Positions 50,701 to 64,000 of a stretch of DNA of 64,000 nucleotides are shown here, piece by piece (position 1 is the stretch's first letter; each line of letters begins with the position of its first letter). The stretch spans positions 29,140,001-29,204,000 of the forward strand of contig OX597839.1 of the NCBI GenBank assembly GCA_951406725.2, read 5' to 3'. Origin of the DNA: Octopus vulgaris (Eukaryota). The position numbers were made by a program, and so were the translations under genes. The notes below the pieces were generated by a model. The model made no database searches. It worked only from the letters and a program-made list of their open reading frames with translations, and had not been told where the DNA came from.

Positions 50701-51658
50701 ATATATGTAAGAGTAGCGCCTGCCATCAAAATGATGCTGGGGTATGCATATATGAAGCCCAATATACCCACCAAGACAACCTGTCTGATAAGGGTACATG
50801 TAAGTATGCATTTATGTATGTATATACATATGAATGTATGTATGAAGTTTATTTATGAATAATTAACCATCTCATGGACAAGCCTGAAAGTTGTTTATTC
50901 AAACATGAAAGCAGCCTTATTAGTTTTAGAACAATTACAAAAGTAATTAAATATTACAATTGTCTTGGATTTATTGTTTCTGATTTGATTCTTTTTTTTT
51001 TTTGTAAAATTCCTAAGTATTGGTTGTTTTTTTTTTACTCAGAAAATTAATTTCTTTCAAAACACATCCCTACCACCACACCTACCCCTGCTGCCACTAC
51101 AACCACAGCTATCTTCAGCACCACCACCACCATCACAAACACTATCATCACCACACCAACCACCACCACAATCACCACCACCCCCATACCTACCATTGCT
51201 GCTTCTGCCACCACAACCGTCTGCATACCCCCTCCACCACCAACTTCACCCCCAACTCCTTTCAATATCACAAAACCTTCTCAATCAGACAATATTGTAC
51301 CACAAACCTGTTATCGTAAGGCTCAACCAATCATTTTAATCCCTGCGTACAGGTGCAGGCATCGTTGGCTTGGGTTGCATCCGGGTATTTTCTAGGTTTA
51401 ATCCCAGTGTGTGCTGCCCTGGGTAATTCTTAATTCTTTCTAATTCCGGCACAAGAAACAATAATTTTGAGGGGAGGGAAAGTGAAATTACTACAACCCC
51501 ATTGCTCAAACTGGTCCTTCATTTCATCAACCCTCACCTTCCCCGAAAAGATGAAAGGCAAAGTCTAACTTATCAGCATTGGAACCCAGAACACAAAGTT
51601 GGTAGAAATGCTGCTAAGCATTTCGCCTGGCAATGATTCTGCCAGCCTTATCCTGGGC

Positions 51659-51692
<34 letters not shown>

Positions 51693-51694
<2 letters not shown>

Positions 51695-51804
51695 ACTTTC
51701 CATACAATAACCATCAGAGCATCACAACAAATCACAGCACATACCCAAGGCACACAGAGCTGTGCTCGGTAGTGAAGTGAAAGCACGCTATAAAAATAAA
51801 ACTA

Positions 51805-51807
<3 letters not shown>
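51693..51807 (+). mobile_element. Probable R4/Dong-type LINE 3' terminus within (AAT)n
   Basis: Starts with TLSIQ* followed by a short UTR; flanked on both sides by pure (AAT)n. Confidence 0.5.
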
Positions 51808-51845
<38 letters not shown>

Positions 51846-51865
51846 TAATAATAATAATATATATA

Positions 51866-52275
51866 TAAAGCAAATATAAAGATCTTGAAATAGAAATCAG
51901 CATAATATGGAGCCTGAAAACTAAAACAATACCTGTTGTCATAGGTTCCCTAGCAAAAGGGGCTGATAGCAAAAGGGGCTGATTGCTACCTAACTCAGAT
52001 ACCAGGAAACCCAAAAATGGCAGAAATTCAAAAAATAGTGCTCATGGGAACAGCTCATATCCTACGCAAAATACTTTCTATGTAATCTCAGGGTTTAAAA
52101 CAAACATAATTTTTGTTTTTTTTGGGGGGGACATTCACTTTTACAACCCCCCCCCCCCCAAATATATGGCACATTAGGCATAACAACAACATGAACTTCC
52201 AACCTGTTGTCTCTTGAGGTCTCTGGGTGAGACTTGGAGCCAACTTGTACAAATATAAAGCAAAAGTCAAACATA

Positions 52276-52276
<1 letters not shown>
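51866..52276 (+). mobile_element. 5'-truncated R4/Dong-clade LINE (restriction-like endonuclease C-terminus plus 3' UTR)
   Basis: SKYKDLEIEISIIWSLKTKTIPVVIGSL, frameshift, then QIPGNPKMAEIQKIVLMGTAHILRKILSM*; embedded in (AAT)n. Confidence 0.85.
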
Positions 52277-52311
<35 letters not shown>

Positions 52312-53394
52312 CAACAATAATGATAATAATCATTTTTTCTACTAAAGGCACAAGGCTTGAAATGGGGGAGGGGGAGACTAGTCGATTACATTGACCCCAG
52401 TATTTCACTGGTATTTAATTTATCAACCCCAAAAGGATGAAAAATAAAATCAACCTCAGCAGAATTTGAACCTAGAACATAGCAACAGGTGAAACAGTGC
52501 TAAGCATTTCATCCAGCGTACCAACGATTCTGCCAGCTCACCACTTTATTAATAGTCGTCATCATCATTCAAAGTCTGTTTTCCATGCTGGCATGGGTTG
52601 GACAGTTTAACAGGAGCTGGCAAGCCCAGAACACTGCACAAGGCTCCATCGTCTGTTTTAGCAGGGCTTCTACAGCTGGATGCCCTTCCTAATGACAACC
52701 ACTTTACAGAGTACGCTGGGTGCTTTTTATGTGGTACCTGCACAGGTGCTTTTTTTAACATGGCACCAACACAGGTGGTTCTTTTATGCAGCGTCAGCAT
52801 GAATGCTTTCTGCGAAATGCTGAATAACTAAAGACTGGTGCCACAGTGAAAATATAGGCCTTTCCTGGAATGAACACAAAGAGCAGGCTTCATGAATTGA
52901 GAGAATGACTAATAAGGAAGTAATTACAAGAACCACCTGCTGTTCCCCTCCCCTATTATTATCACCATATTTCTAATGAAATGCACAGCCTGGGTCAAGT
53001 ATTAGGATTCAAGTAATTGACTAGCCTCTCCCTGCAAATTTCAGGCTTTGTGTCTCGAGTAGAAAGAATTATTATTTTGACTTCACAACCAGTAAAGAGC
53101 CTTTCCTTTATTATATGTTTAGTGTACACAATTATACAAACTATAAAACAATAGTGTGTATATATGTGTGTGCATGTACAATACATATATATTATATATA
53201 TGTACACACACATTTTATATAGTTACACCCACGCACATTCTTTACACAAAAACATGAGTATGTGTATAAAAATGTATATACACGTGTTGTGCATGAATGT
53301 AGGTGTATATATATATATATATATATATTTTCATGTGCGTATGTGTGTGTGCATGTGTATTATAAATGTTTGTATATGTGTGTGTGTGTATGTG

Positions 53395-53466
<72 letters not shown>

Positions 53467-54114
53467 CATACACACACACACACACACACACAAATGTATG
53501 TATGCAGACTTGCACTTGAATTATTCACAACAGCAAAGTAGAGAGAGGCTTAATATGAGCGAACGCTTATGATAACGAATACTTCGCTCAAGCAATTAAC
53601 AACTTTGCTAACATTTACCCTAATAAGTAACACTAACCTCAGGGTAACACATCACAACATATCATTTACAACACACAGTTACATAACAACAACAGCTGTG
53701 TCTAATAGGCTGAAGTCTAGCCATTTTCGATGGGCTGGGTTCGTCAATGCCATGAAACCCAGTACTTGACTCGGTAGTGCTTTTCACATCACTGACCCTA
53801 GAGGGACGAAAGGGGAAAGTTGACACTGTTGGCATATGAAATCGGAATGCAGACGGGTGAAACAAATAACCACAAAACATATTTTTTAATTTTTTCCTGA
53901 AGTCCCATGGTTCTGTCAACTCACTGTCCTTAAATTGGTTGTAAGTGCAATTTGTGGCTGAAATTAGGGGCTACGTGTTACCTGATACGTTCAACACCAA
54001 CACTTGACAGACACTTTATTTTACTGACCCAGGAAGGATGGAAAGGGCAAGTTGATCCTGAACGGATTTGAATTCCAAGGTGTTTTGCATGACACTTTAA
54101 TGATTCTGTCAATA

Positions 54115-55670
54115 ATAATAATAATAACTTTTTCTACTGGAAGCACAAGGCCTCAAATTGGTGATAAGGGATTAAGTTGATTACATTGACCCCAAGGCAT
54201 AACTGGTACTTATTTAATCGACCCCGAAAGGATGAAAGGCAAAGTTGACCTTGGCAGAAGTTGAACTTAGAATGTAGAAGCAGATGAAATGCTGCTAAGC
54301 ATTTTGCCTGGCATGCTAACGATTCTGTCAGCTCACTGCCTTAATAATAATAATAATAATAATAACAACAACAGCTTCAAATTTTTCCACAAGGGCAGCA
54401 GTTTTGGGGGAGGGGACTAGTTGATTACATCACACCCCGTGTTTCAGTGGTACTTAATTTATTGACCCCGAAGGGATGAAAGGCAAAGTGCTAACAATTC
54501 TGCCAGTTTGCTTCCTTATTAACAATAACAATAACAATACAGTGTCAGCCATGTTGTCTGCACAGAAACTTTGGTATTTTCTTCAACAACAAACAGCTTG
54601 CCAATCCTTAATGTCTCTGCGTCCAGATCTAAAAATACACAAATGTGTGTATAAATATAGAAATACTTGGTGGCGGTGGTGGTGGTGGCAGGAGGTTACA
54701 GTTTTGCCAAGTTTAATCCGATGACAAGTGCAACCGGTCTCTGTATTGATCCACCGAGCAAGGAAAACATGTGTTGGATCAGATGAAGTTCTTCCTAATT
54801 GCTTGCTATAATTTCCGATGGCATGAAATGCCAGACTGCTCTTCAAGTCTCAGCCTATGGAACATTGTTTAATGGAGAAACGAAAAGCTTACTGACAGCT
54901 AAATTAGCGAGAGATGTTAGATTTAAGCAACAACAACAACAATGGTTTCAAATTCTGATACAGGGCCAAAGATTTGGGGGATGGGGAAGTGAGTCGATTG
55001 TGTTGATTCCAGTATCCAACTGGTACTTATTCTATTGGCCCCAGGAGGATGAAAGACAAAGCTGGTCTCAATGGAATTTGATCTCAGAATATAAAGACAA
55101 GACTTGATTTATCGAGCTTGAAAGGATGAAAGGTAAAGTTGACCTTGGTGAAATTTGAACTCGGAATGAAGATGGTTGTAATACCGTTAAGCATTTCACC
55201 CAGCATTCTAACAACAACAACAATGATAATAATGGTGATTTGAAATTTTGCCACAAGGGCAGCTTGGGGAAGGGGATTAAGTCGATTACATCGACCCCAG
55301 TGCGTAACTGGTACTTATTTAATCGACCCTGAAAGGATGAAAAGTAAAGTTGACCTCGGCGGAATTTCAACTCAGGACGTGGTGATGGGTGAAATACCAT
55401 TTAGCATTTTGCCTGGCATTCTAACAACAACAACAACAACAACAACAATAATAATAATGATAAGGCACAAGGCCTGAAATTTTTCGTGGGTCAGGTTCTA
55501 GTTGATTATATCAGCTCCTGTCTTTCACTGGTACTTAATTTATTAACCCTGAAAAAATGAAAGGCAAAGTCAACCTCGGCAGAATTTGAACTCAGCGTGT
55601 AAAGATGGATGTAATACTGTTAAGCATTTTCCCCAGCATGCTAATGATTCTGCAAGCTTTCTACCTTAAT
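54115..55670 (-). mobile_element. Cluster of about 6 whole or partial family B SINEs separated by (AAT/AAC)n
   Basis: Repeated GACCCC..CTGGTACTTATTT..GGATGAAAGGCAAAG..GAATTTGAACTC blocks. Confidence 0.8.
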
Positions 55671-55685
55671 GATAATAGCAATAAT

Positions 55686-56061
55686 AACAAGAGCACTCAG
55701 AGAGCACAATCCTCCGCCAAGGTAAAACCAATGCCCTCTCAACGATTAGCCAGAGATGATTTTTAAAATGAGAAGATCTGAAATAAACTCAACTGCTCTC
55801 ACAAACGAGAATACTAAAAATGAACCCAACTGCTCTCAAAAATTAAGTAAAAACAAAACCAGAAAAATAATCCAGAGTCCTTGTCCGGTACTGGATCGAT
55901 CCCAAAATCTAAACAGTTTGTGCCAGTCATGAAGCCAAACATCCCTGAAAGTTTCATCCAAATCCATCCAGCAGTTCTTGAGATATCTTGTCCACGGATT
56001 AACAAACAAAGAAACACGACTGAAAACAATACCTCCACCTTTGCTAAGGCAGAGGTAATAA
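55686..56061 (-). mobile_element. Helentron-associated element (HINE; pearl/DINE-1-like)
   Basis: Minus strand: TTATTACCTCTGCC..GGTGGAGGTA 5' hairpin, GTTT microsatellite, 3' subterminal IR GGCGGAGG, terminal stem-loop GCTCTCTGAGTGCTC, T-rich ends. Confidence 0.75.
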
Positions 56062-57000
56062 TCCTTTCTACTATAGGCCCAAGGCCTGAAATTTTAAGCG
56101 AGCAGGTAAGTTGATTACATGGACCTGGCTCACTGCCTTACTGTGCAATTAATGTTATTATAGTTTTAACATCCACTTTTCCATGCTTGTATGGGTTGGA
56201 TGCAATTTGATGAGGCAGATTTTCTGCAAGTTGCTTCTTTTGCCTAGTAAGATAATACTTCCCCCTGGCCAGACATATTTTCGTTGGAAAGAAACAACAC
56301 CACATGCATGAGGGTGACACTCGTTTACAGCTATAGCTGTGATCTCAAGGCAAGGAGACAGTAACACACACACACATGATGGGCTTCTTTCAGTTTCCCC
56401 TCTACCAAATCCATTCTCAAGGCTTTATGAAATGTTTATCAAGATAATTTTAAAATTGAAGTAAACAAAATAATTCGTTATGTTCAATCAAGTCGCCACA
56501 ATTGAAGAGACTGCCAAAAAAACAAACAAAAACCAAAGAACAAAACAACATGGAAAAACACACACAAAAAAAAAAAAACCCCAATGAGATTACAAAGTGG
56601 ATGAAAGTAGGTTGCCGATGGTGAAATGATAAGAAGCAAGTTGGCTGGTTTAGCAGATATGGAAACTGAGAATAGCAAGAGAGAGACATGGTGGGAAAGG
56701 CAGAAGTTGTTAAGTAATGAAACCAGAGCAAAGGAGAGGGAATCGGGGGGTGGGGGGGTGGAGGGATTGGTTTATAGTCATTGAAGAGAGAAAGGTAAAA
56801 TGATGGAGAAAGAGAAAACTGGTTGTGATGTCGGCTGCTGGAAGAAAAAAGAAGACTTTTAAGATGCTAACAACATGCTGGAAGCTGACAAAAAAGTCTG
56901 GATTGTTTAAGAAGACATCAATAAATGAGAAGTATCGAATGGCCTGCACTCAACCAGATCTTATTCGGTGAGAGTTAATAATAATAGTAATAATAATACT

Positions 57001-57354
57001 CTTACTCTCTCTTTTACTTGTTTCAGTCATTTGACTGCGGCCATGCTGGAGCACCGCCTTTAGTCGAGCAAATCAGTCTCTTCTGCCAAACTGCTAAGTT
57101 ATGGGGACGTAAACACACCAGCATCGGTTGTCAAGCGATGTTGGGGGGAAGACACACAAACACACACACACATATATACATATACATATACAATGGGTTT
57201 CTTTCAGTTTCCGTCTACCAAATACACTCACAAGGCTTTGGTCGGCCCAAGGTTATAGTAAAAGACACTTGCCCAAAGTGCCATGCAGTGGGACTGAACC
57301 CAGAACCAAGTGGTTGGTAGACAAGCTACTTACCACACAGCCACTCCTGCGCCT
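57001..57354 (-). mobile_element. Family A SINE, near full length
   Basis: Reverse complement of 36266-36687 with a small internal deletion. Confidence 0.88.
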
Positions 57355-57389
57355 AATAATAATAATAATAATAATAATAATTATTATTA

Positions 57390-57890
57390 TTTCTTTACTA
57401 TTTTACTGGCAGCACAAAGCCTCAAATTTTGGGGGAGGACACTCGTCGATTACATCGACCCCAGTGTTTCATTGGTACTTAATTTATCGTCCCTGAAAGG
57501 ATGAAAGGCAACGCTGACCTCGGCGGAATTTGAACTCAGAACATAAGGATGGATGAAGTGCCACTAAGTGTTTTACCTGGCATTAATGAGTCTGCCAGCG
57601 CACCATATTGATAATAATAATAATAATCCTTTCTACTATAGGCACAAGGCCTGAAATGGGGAGGGGGACAGTCGATTAGTGGTACTTAATTTATCAATGC
57701 TGAAAAGATGAAAGGCAAAGTTGACCTTGGTGGAATTTGAACTCGGAACATAGTAGCAGATGAAATACTTCTAAGCATTCTGTCTGGCATGCTAACCATT
57801 CTGCCAGCTCAATGCCTTAATGCTAATGATAATAATAATAATAATAATGGTTTCAAATTTTGGCACAAGGCCAGTGGTTTCTGGGAAGCG
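57390..57890 (-). mobile_element. Array of 2 complete and 1 partial family B SINEs in (AAT)n
   Basis: Same units and linkers as the other arrays. Confidence 0.82.
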
Positions 57891-59214
57891 GGTAAGTGCA
57901 TTCCCTCTTATCAACCCTAACCATCATCATTATTATCATTGCTATGATGATGATGGCGATGATGATGACAAAACATTGAGGAATAAATCAGGAAATCCAG
58001 GATGGATGTTGGTGCGAGGAGGGTGCGAGGAGTAGATTGAAATAATGTTAATGAGATTTTCAACTATTCAGAGTTAGAATAGCGAAATTCTATTGGAATT
58101 GGCAATTGTTCTACATTTCAGAAAAAGAAGAAAAAAAGAGAAAAAGAAAAGAAAAGAAGAGAAAAGAAAGTAGACCAAAGTGAAAGTAACGAGCAGTGGA
58201 ACAAATTAATCAACACTCCACATTTTAGACGAGGAAAATAGAGAAAAGTAATTATTTGTTTCTAAAACATGGTTGACGATATTTAGATTGTCTGAAACAA
58301 TTAAACAACTGTAGCAACAACAACAACAACAGCAGCAGCAGTACAACAGTATCAAGAAGAAGAACAACAACATGCAGTCCTTAATTAACATTGAAGATTT
58401 ATCTCAGAATTGGTTTAGTGGTAATTTATCTATACATACATACATATAAACACACAAATACATATATGCATGCATATATATACATATACACACATACATA
58501 TATATATATACGTATATACATACAAATACACACATATATACGTATGTACATACACACATAAATATATACATATATTAATACCCTAGTGATATATATATAT
58601 ACACACACACATAATATATGTGTGTGTGAGTTGCATAGTGCTAAAACAGCATGGCAATGTAGAGCTAAACTCCAGCAAGAATATAACAACAACAACAACA
58701 AATTGAACAGGAAATCAGCTGAGAATCACCTGGCTGATTAAAAAAAACCGGTAAGTTCCACTCAATGACTTGCAGGTAAATGATTAGAGGAGGAAGATGC
58801 AGAGAAGAAGATAATGAGAAACAAAAGAACAAGAATTACAGAAAAAGAAGGTAAAATGTATAGAAATATATATAAAAATATCTGTTGCTGTTAAATGGTA
58901 AATCCTTCTCTTTTGGAAGTGTTTACAGAGATGGGTGAAAAGAGAAAGAGGCAAATATTTTAATGAAACCAAATGTGGTTTAATCAACCATGTAGGGAAG
59001 GTAGATTCGTTAGACAGACAGAAGTTGATGTTTTTTTTTAGTCAAATGAAGAATCTAAAGAACAAAAAGGAGTAATAATTAATAGACAAAAAATTTTTTA
59101 AATAATTACAAAAAAAAAAGAAGGGAAACCTTTTGTAAAGTGCCCTATGCCTGTTGCTAAGCAGTAAGTCAATGACTTCTCAAATTAACGAGACAATGCA
59201 AACAAAGCTGAAAT

Positions 59215-59360
59215 CAACAGGAATTGTGTCCTAATTACAAATCCTTTGATGAGTTCAGAATAAGACTAACACACGTCTGGAATTGTCTCCCATATCTGAT
59301 TGAAAAATTAACATGACACTGATGGATCCTTTATTGTATCAATGTTCTGAAAATGGGTTT
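59215..59360 (+). mobile_element. Possible Tc1-like transposase C-terminal remnant
   Basis: CPNYKSFDEFRIRLTHVWNCLPYLIEKL resembles the Tc1-family tail pattern; short and degraded. Confidence 0.3.
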
Positions 59361-61678
59361 GCAGTTGTTCGATCCATTGAATGACTGGCTTGTTAAATTA
59401 AAGTAAAAGCAGCCGAGTATTCCACAGTAAGACCTAATTCCCAAGCTGTAACTTTAAATTACAAGTATATATCCAGCTGAAGGGATTCTACACAGTTTCC
59501 ATTTTACTCATTCCTTCAAAACGATGCGAACATTGCTTTCTTCCACACTGCCTTCCCCCTTTAGCATTCAGATTGCTCTGTCAAATGTAATGCTTTGAAC
59601 TAATCAGAGATTCCGGGTGTGGCTGTTGTGGTAAGAAGCTTACCACATGGGTCTGGGTTCAGTCCCACTGCTTTACACCTAGGGGAAGTGTCTTCTACTA
59701 CAGCTTCAGGCCAACTGAAGACTAGTGAGTGGAACTGGTAAACGGAAACTGAAAGAAGCTGAATGAAACTGAATGAAATAGATGGAAACCAACCTAAATA
59801 TAAAAGGTGTTTAACTATTAAACAGAAATAAACATATATTTGTTTCCATTGCTGGAATTCTCATTAGATAAAGCAATAAATAATAACATGTAAACATTAG
59901 GTTAAAAACCCTTTGGATAGCAAATATCAAAGGCTATATATATATAATTCTCCCTAATTGAACATCTTTTGCTAAACTACACAAATAACAGTAATAATGG
60001 GGGCGCATCATAGCCATGTGTTGAGAGGAATTCTTTGGGGTTTGAATAATTCACCTTTGGAAACTCAGAATGTAATGGCAGACGAAATACTGCTAAGCAT
60101 TTTACTGGTCTGCTAACGATTGAGCCAGTTTGCCACCTTGAATAACAATAATAGTAATTAACTGTATTTATACAAAGCTCAACAACAAATAGATTTCACC
60201 TTCATCTCTCATCTCAAGGGATGTAAGGTCCTTCCTGAGCCATAGGCTCTTAAGGCTGATTTTCCGGGTTCTGTGGCATGTATATTCTGCCCCTGGATGG
60301 GATGCCAGACTGTCGCAGGGTTACTCCTTTTTGCCAGCTGAGTGGATGGGAGCAACATGTTTTTTTCGCTCAAGAACACAAGAATTGTCTGGTCTAGGAA
60401 TCAAAACCGCAATCTTCCAATCATGAGTCCAACACCCTAACCACTAAGCCACGTGCCTTCACACACACAAACACACGTAAATAAAAAGGTAGGCTTGATA
60501 AGTATATTTACATGGAATACAAAATAACCAAAAGAAATTATGTAACAGTCTGTGTGACTATCTATACCATGCTTGCTTTAGCACTCCCACTCTCTCTGTA
60601 TATATACATGTGTGTATATATATATATATATATGTATGTACATATGGTTTAACCGAACAGTTCAGTTTATAGAGAGAGAGACCAATAAGGATAAGTAGCA
60701 AACTTAAAATCAAGTGTTGGGGTCAATATGATCTACTTAACCCCTTGCTAATGATACACAGTGACATTACTATCTGATTGTAAAGAAGTGTGGCCCTAAA
60801 GATTCAGGTATTGGGGTCATCATCAGAAAGTTGTGTCCCTGAGCAAAGCACTCCATCACAAGTTGCTCAGCTCTACTCAGCTGAAAATAAGTACAAGCGC
60901 ACTGCTGGTGCGAACCCTCTCTCTCCCTCCTGCGGTCTCATCTTGGATGTTTTGCTGGGCAGAGGTGGAGGATGAAAGCATGTCGATACCACCTGCTGGT
61001 CATCCACAAATAACCTTGTCCAGACATGTGCCTTGGAGGGGAACTTTCAAGGAGCAATCCCATGGTCATTCATGACTGAAGGGGGTCTTTACCCTTTATA
61101 TATATATATAACAAATATGTCTAATAATAAAAAATATATTTATATATATATAACAGATATATATATAGGTGCAGGAGTGACTGTGTGGTACGAAGCTTGC
61201 TTTCCAACCACATAGTTCTGGGTTCAGTCCCACAGCATGGGACCTTGGGCAAGTGTCTTCTTCTGCAGACTCAGCTCGACCAAAGCTTTGTGAGTGGATT
61301 TGGTAGACGGAGAATGAAAGAAACTCGTCGTATATATATTATATACATACATAGTTTTGACTTTAAGAGTCCCTCCTAGCGTGTGACATTTATGTATAGT
61401 AACGCCCTCTATATAATATAAATAAATATATTTATGAGAAAAAATGGTGGATTTTTCTCTTATGAGGTTTGTCGCACTAACTACTTGATAAATTCTTATA
61501 AAGATTTTATTCTATTTTTAAATTATATATATATGTATATAGACTTATACATACACACACACATGTATATATATATACATACACATACACATGCACGTCT
61601 GAGAAAAGCATTAGTCAATAGAGTGCATAAACAGAATAAAATGAAGTACATGATTTCTTGTTCTCTTGTCACACACAC

Positions 61679-61722
<44 letters not shown>

Positions 61723-62204
61723 ACTTGCACGATTTACTGAGAACATTGTAAAATAGATATTTTAAAAGGCGTCACAATGGCTATTTTGCAATTTAACAAA
61801 TCGAATGAGAACAATGAAAGAAACGGAGTTAGACAAAATATACACACATAATGAAATCAAAATCCTGTTTGGAAGGCTTCTAGCCAGACATACCCCCACC
61901 TCCACCATCACCATGGCCATCACCACCTGCTTCATTCATTCGGGTTTTATTTCATACCTCATTATGTGAACAATAATAAGCATGTCTTCATGCTTTTAAT
62001 GTGCCAATCAGTGAATGGTTCACTGAATTTACATATGACAGGGAGGGTGACACGGTCTGTGGAAGTCAGCAGAACAAATGCCACAGGAAGACTTCTTACT
62101 TTCAGTTTCATTAGTTATGCCTTTGCACTCAATTCGAGGCATTGGAGATGGTTACGAGGTGATAATATATGTATATACTCACGCATGTACATAAATACAC
62201 ACAC

Positions 62205-62847
62205 AGTCTGAGGACATGTACTGAGAGTGATAAAAATCAAACATCCAGTCAACATCATGGTGTTTGGAATGATCATTAGTGATGGTGATTTTATGCTTCC
62301 ATTCCTCTTCCCACATGGCATCAGATTCTACGCAGAGGCCTACATCAAGTGCCTGGAGGAGGTAGTGCTGTCCTGGGTCAAGAGGGTGGCTGCTGGAAGA
62401 CCCTATGTCTGGCAACAGAACTCTGCACCATGCCACACAATCAGGAGAACCCAGTCATGGCTGTCAGACAATTTCTGCAACTACATCACACCTAACATCT
62501 AGCCACCTAACTCCCCAGACTACAACCCCTTGATTATCATGTGTGGTGCACAGTTGAGCAAGAGACCAACAAAACTGCTTGTAACAACACCAAAGATGAA
62601 CTGATGGCAAGGATTATGGCAGCATTCACCAACTTAAACAAGGAGACCATCCAGAAGAGTTGCAGGAGATTCTGACGTTGTTTGGGGGCTGTGGTCGAAG
62701 CCAATAGCGATTTTATTAAAACAAATTTACTCTTTAGTATTTCAAGATATTTTTACGTAATTTTGATAAATATATCTGTTAAAATGAGATGTGAGTGTTA
62801 TTTTTATTTTTGCATAATTTAGACGACAATTTATTCACCGCATCCTG
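62205..62847 (+). mobile_element. Decayed DD37D (maT-like) Tc1/mariner transposon, 3' half
   Basis: KHPVNIMVFG...YVWQQ(N)SAPCH...*PPNSPDYNP/LDY with 37 residues between the second and third catalytic positions; contains stops and a frameshift; ends in ...CACCGCATCCTG, a right-TIR-like end. Confidence 0.88.
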
Positions 62848-63011
62848 TGTATATATATATATATATACATTATATAAAAGGGCTTAGTAAAATAAATTAC
62901 TTTGCCGCATACTGAACTCATTAGAAATAGCAGCTAAAAAACTTTTTTAAAGCTATTTCTAATACTTAAAGAAAATCTCTCTCATATATAGTGTTTGCTT
63001 AATTCAACTCA

Positions 63012-63058
<47 letters not shown>

Positions 63059-64000
63059 CTCATACATGCACATTATATATACATATATACTCACATACAC
63101 ACAAACACACACATATAACTTGGGATCCACTGACAACAATGGAACCTTCATTTAACTAAGGTATCTTTGGCTTGATGAGTACCTATCAGATCACTCCTCT
63201 TTTGGGTAATTACTACTTCTGAGGTTCTGCTAGCTGGGAAACATATGTAGCCTGGATTTTACCTTCTCCTCACCCTCAATTTGGATATATATACTCACAC
63301 ACATAAACACTCATATATACTCACACACAGAGACATATATACTTCTTAGTCATACAGTCATGCCGTGAACATGTTAAATTCTGATCCAAGGTACAGGGCC
63401 TCAAATAGAAGCATGAGAAATGGATATAGTTGACCAGATTGGTACTAATATATGACTGGTACCTTAATGAGACTTCTTCAAATAAGATTTATTCTGTCTT
63501 GTAGCCGCAAAAATAGAATACCAGGTAAAAAAAAAAAAAAAGAAAATTGATATCGCCTGGACTTGAACTCAGAACTAAACCATAACAATGGGGAAATCAT
63601 TCTGTCCGTTTCGTCATTCTAAACTGATTGTGTGTCAGTTTAGTAAATTCCATTATTTACGGTTCCTTGGATCCTGGAAATACTTCATGAACGGGGTGGG
63701 TGGGGGTGGGTGGAGATTTCCCTTCATCAGTCGGTTCTGCAGCAACAAATAGCGTGGCAGGGATGGGGTCGGAACAAAACAAAACACAACCTGACCCCTT
63801 TAATGTGGCTCTAAAACAGCCCCTCTTCCCCTTCCCTACATGATGATGGCTCACTGCCGCAGCATCCCCTTACGCACTCCCAGCTACTCTCCTCCTTGCT
63901 CCTTTTCATGTATACACAACCCTTTATTCTCAATTTGAACCTCTTTTCTTTCATTATTATTGTTGCTATTATTATTACCACCAACATCATCATCATCATA

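Noticed and set aside
62227-62502. Active transposase gene
   Set aside because: N-terminus missing, catalytic D replaced by N, in-frame stops and a frameshift.

Overview
AT-rich, microsatellite-dense animal genomic DNA. The repeat content and the protein below point to an octopus (cephalopod); this is inferred, not looked up. The window lies almost entirely inside the introns of a minus-strand GRK2/3-subfamily G protein-coupled receptor kinase gene (beta-ARK or cephalopod rhodopsin kinase type). Two RH-domain coding exons are visible, at 19173-19274 and 4215-4301; the flanking canonical exons were not found. The rest is mobile DNA: at least four SINE families (tRNA+CORE-like, tRNA+Meta-domain, (GAT)n-tailed, tRNA+CORE/Nin-like), RTE and R4/Dong LINE 3' fragments, a decayed DD37D transposase, TA-, TTAA- and hAT-type MITEs, non-autonomous Helitrons, a HINE, and mini/microsatellites. 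Most notable: (1) a head-to-head dimer of a tRNA-headed element carrying a Penelope-type minimal hammerhead ribozyme (1790-2327), plus other hammerhead-like remnants; (2) a candidate in-frame or poison cassette exon with a textbook 3' splice site (14825-15148); (3) a near-perfect 27 x 35 bp minisatellite; (4) SINE and Dong arrays sharing (TAA)n tracts. Nearly all ORFs in the supplied track are repeat artefacts. Repeat boundaries are approximate unless a TSD or TIR is quoted, and only representative SINE copies are listed.
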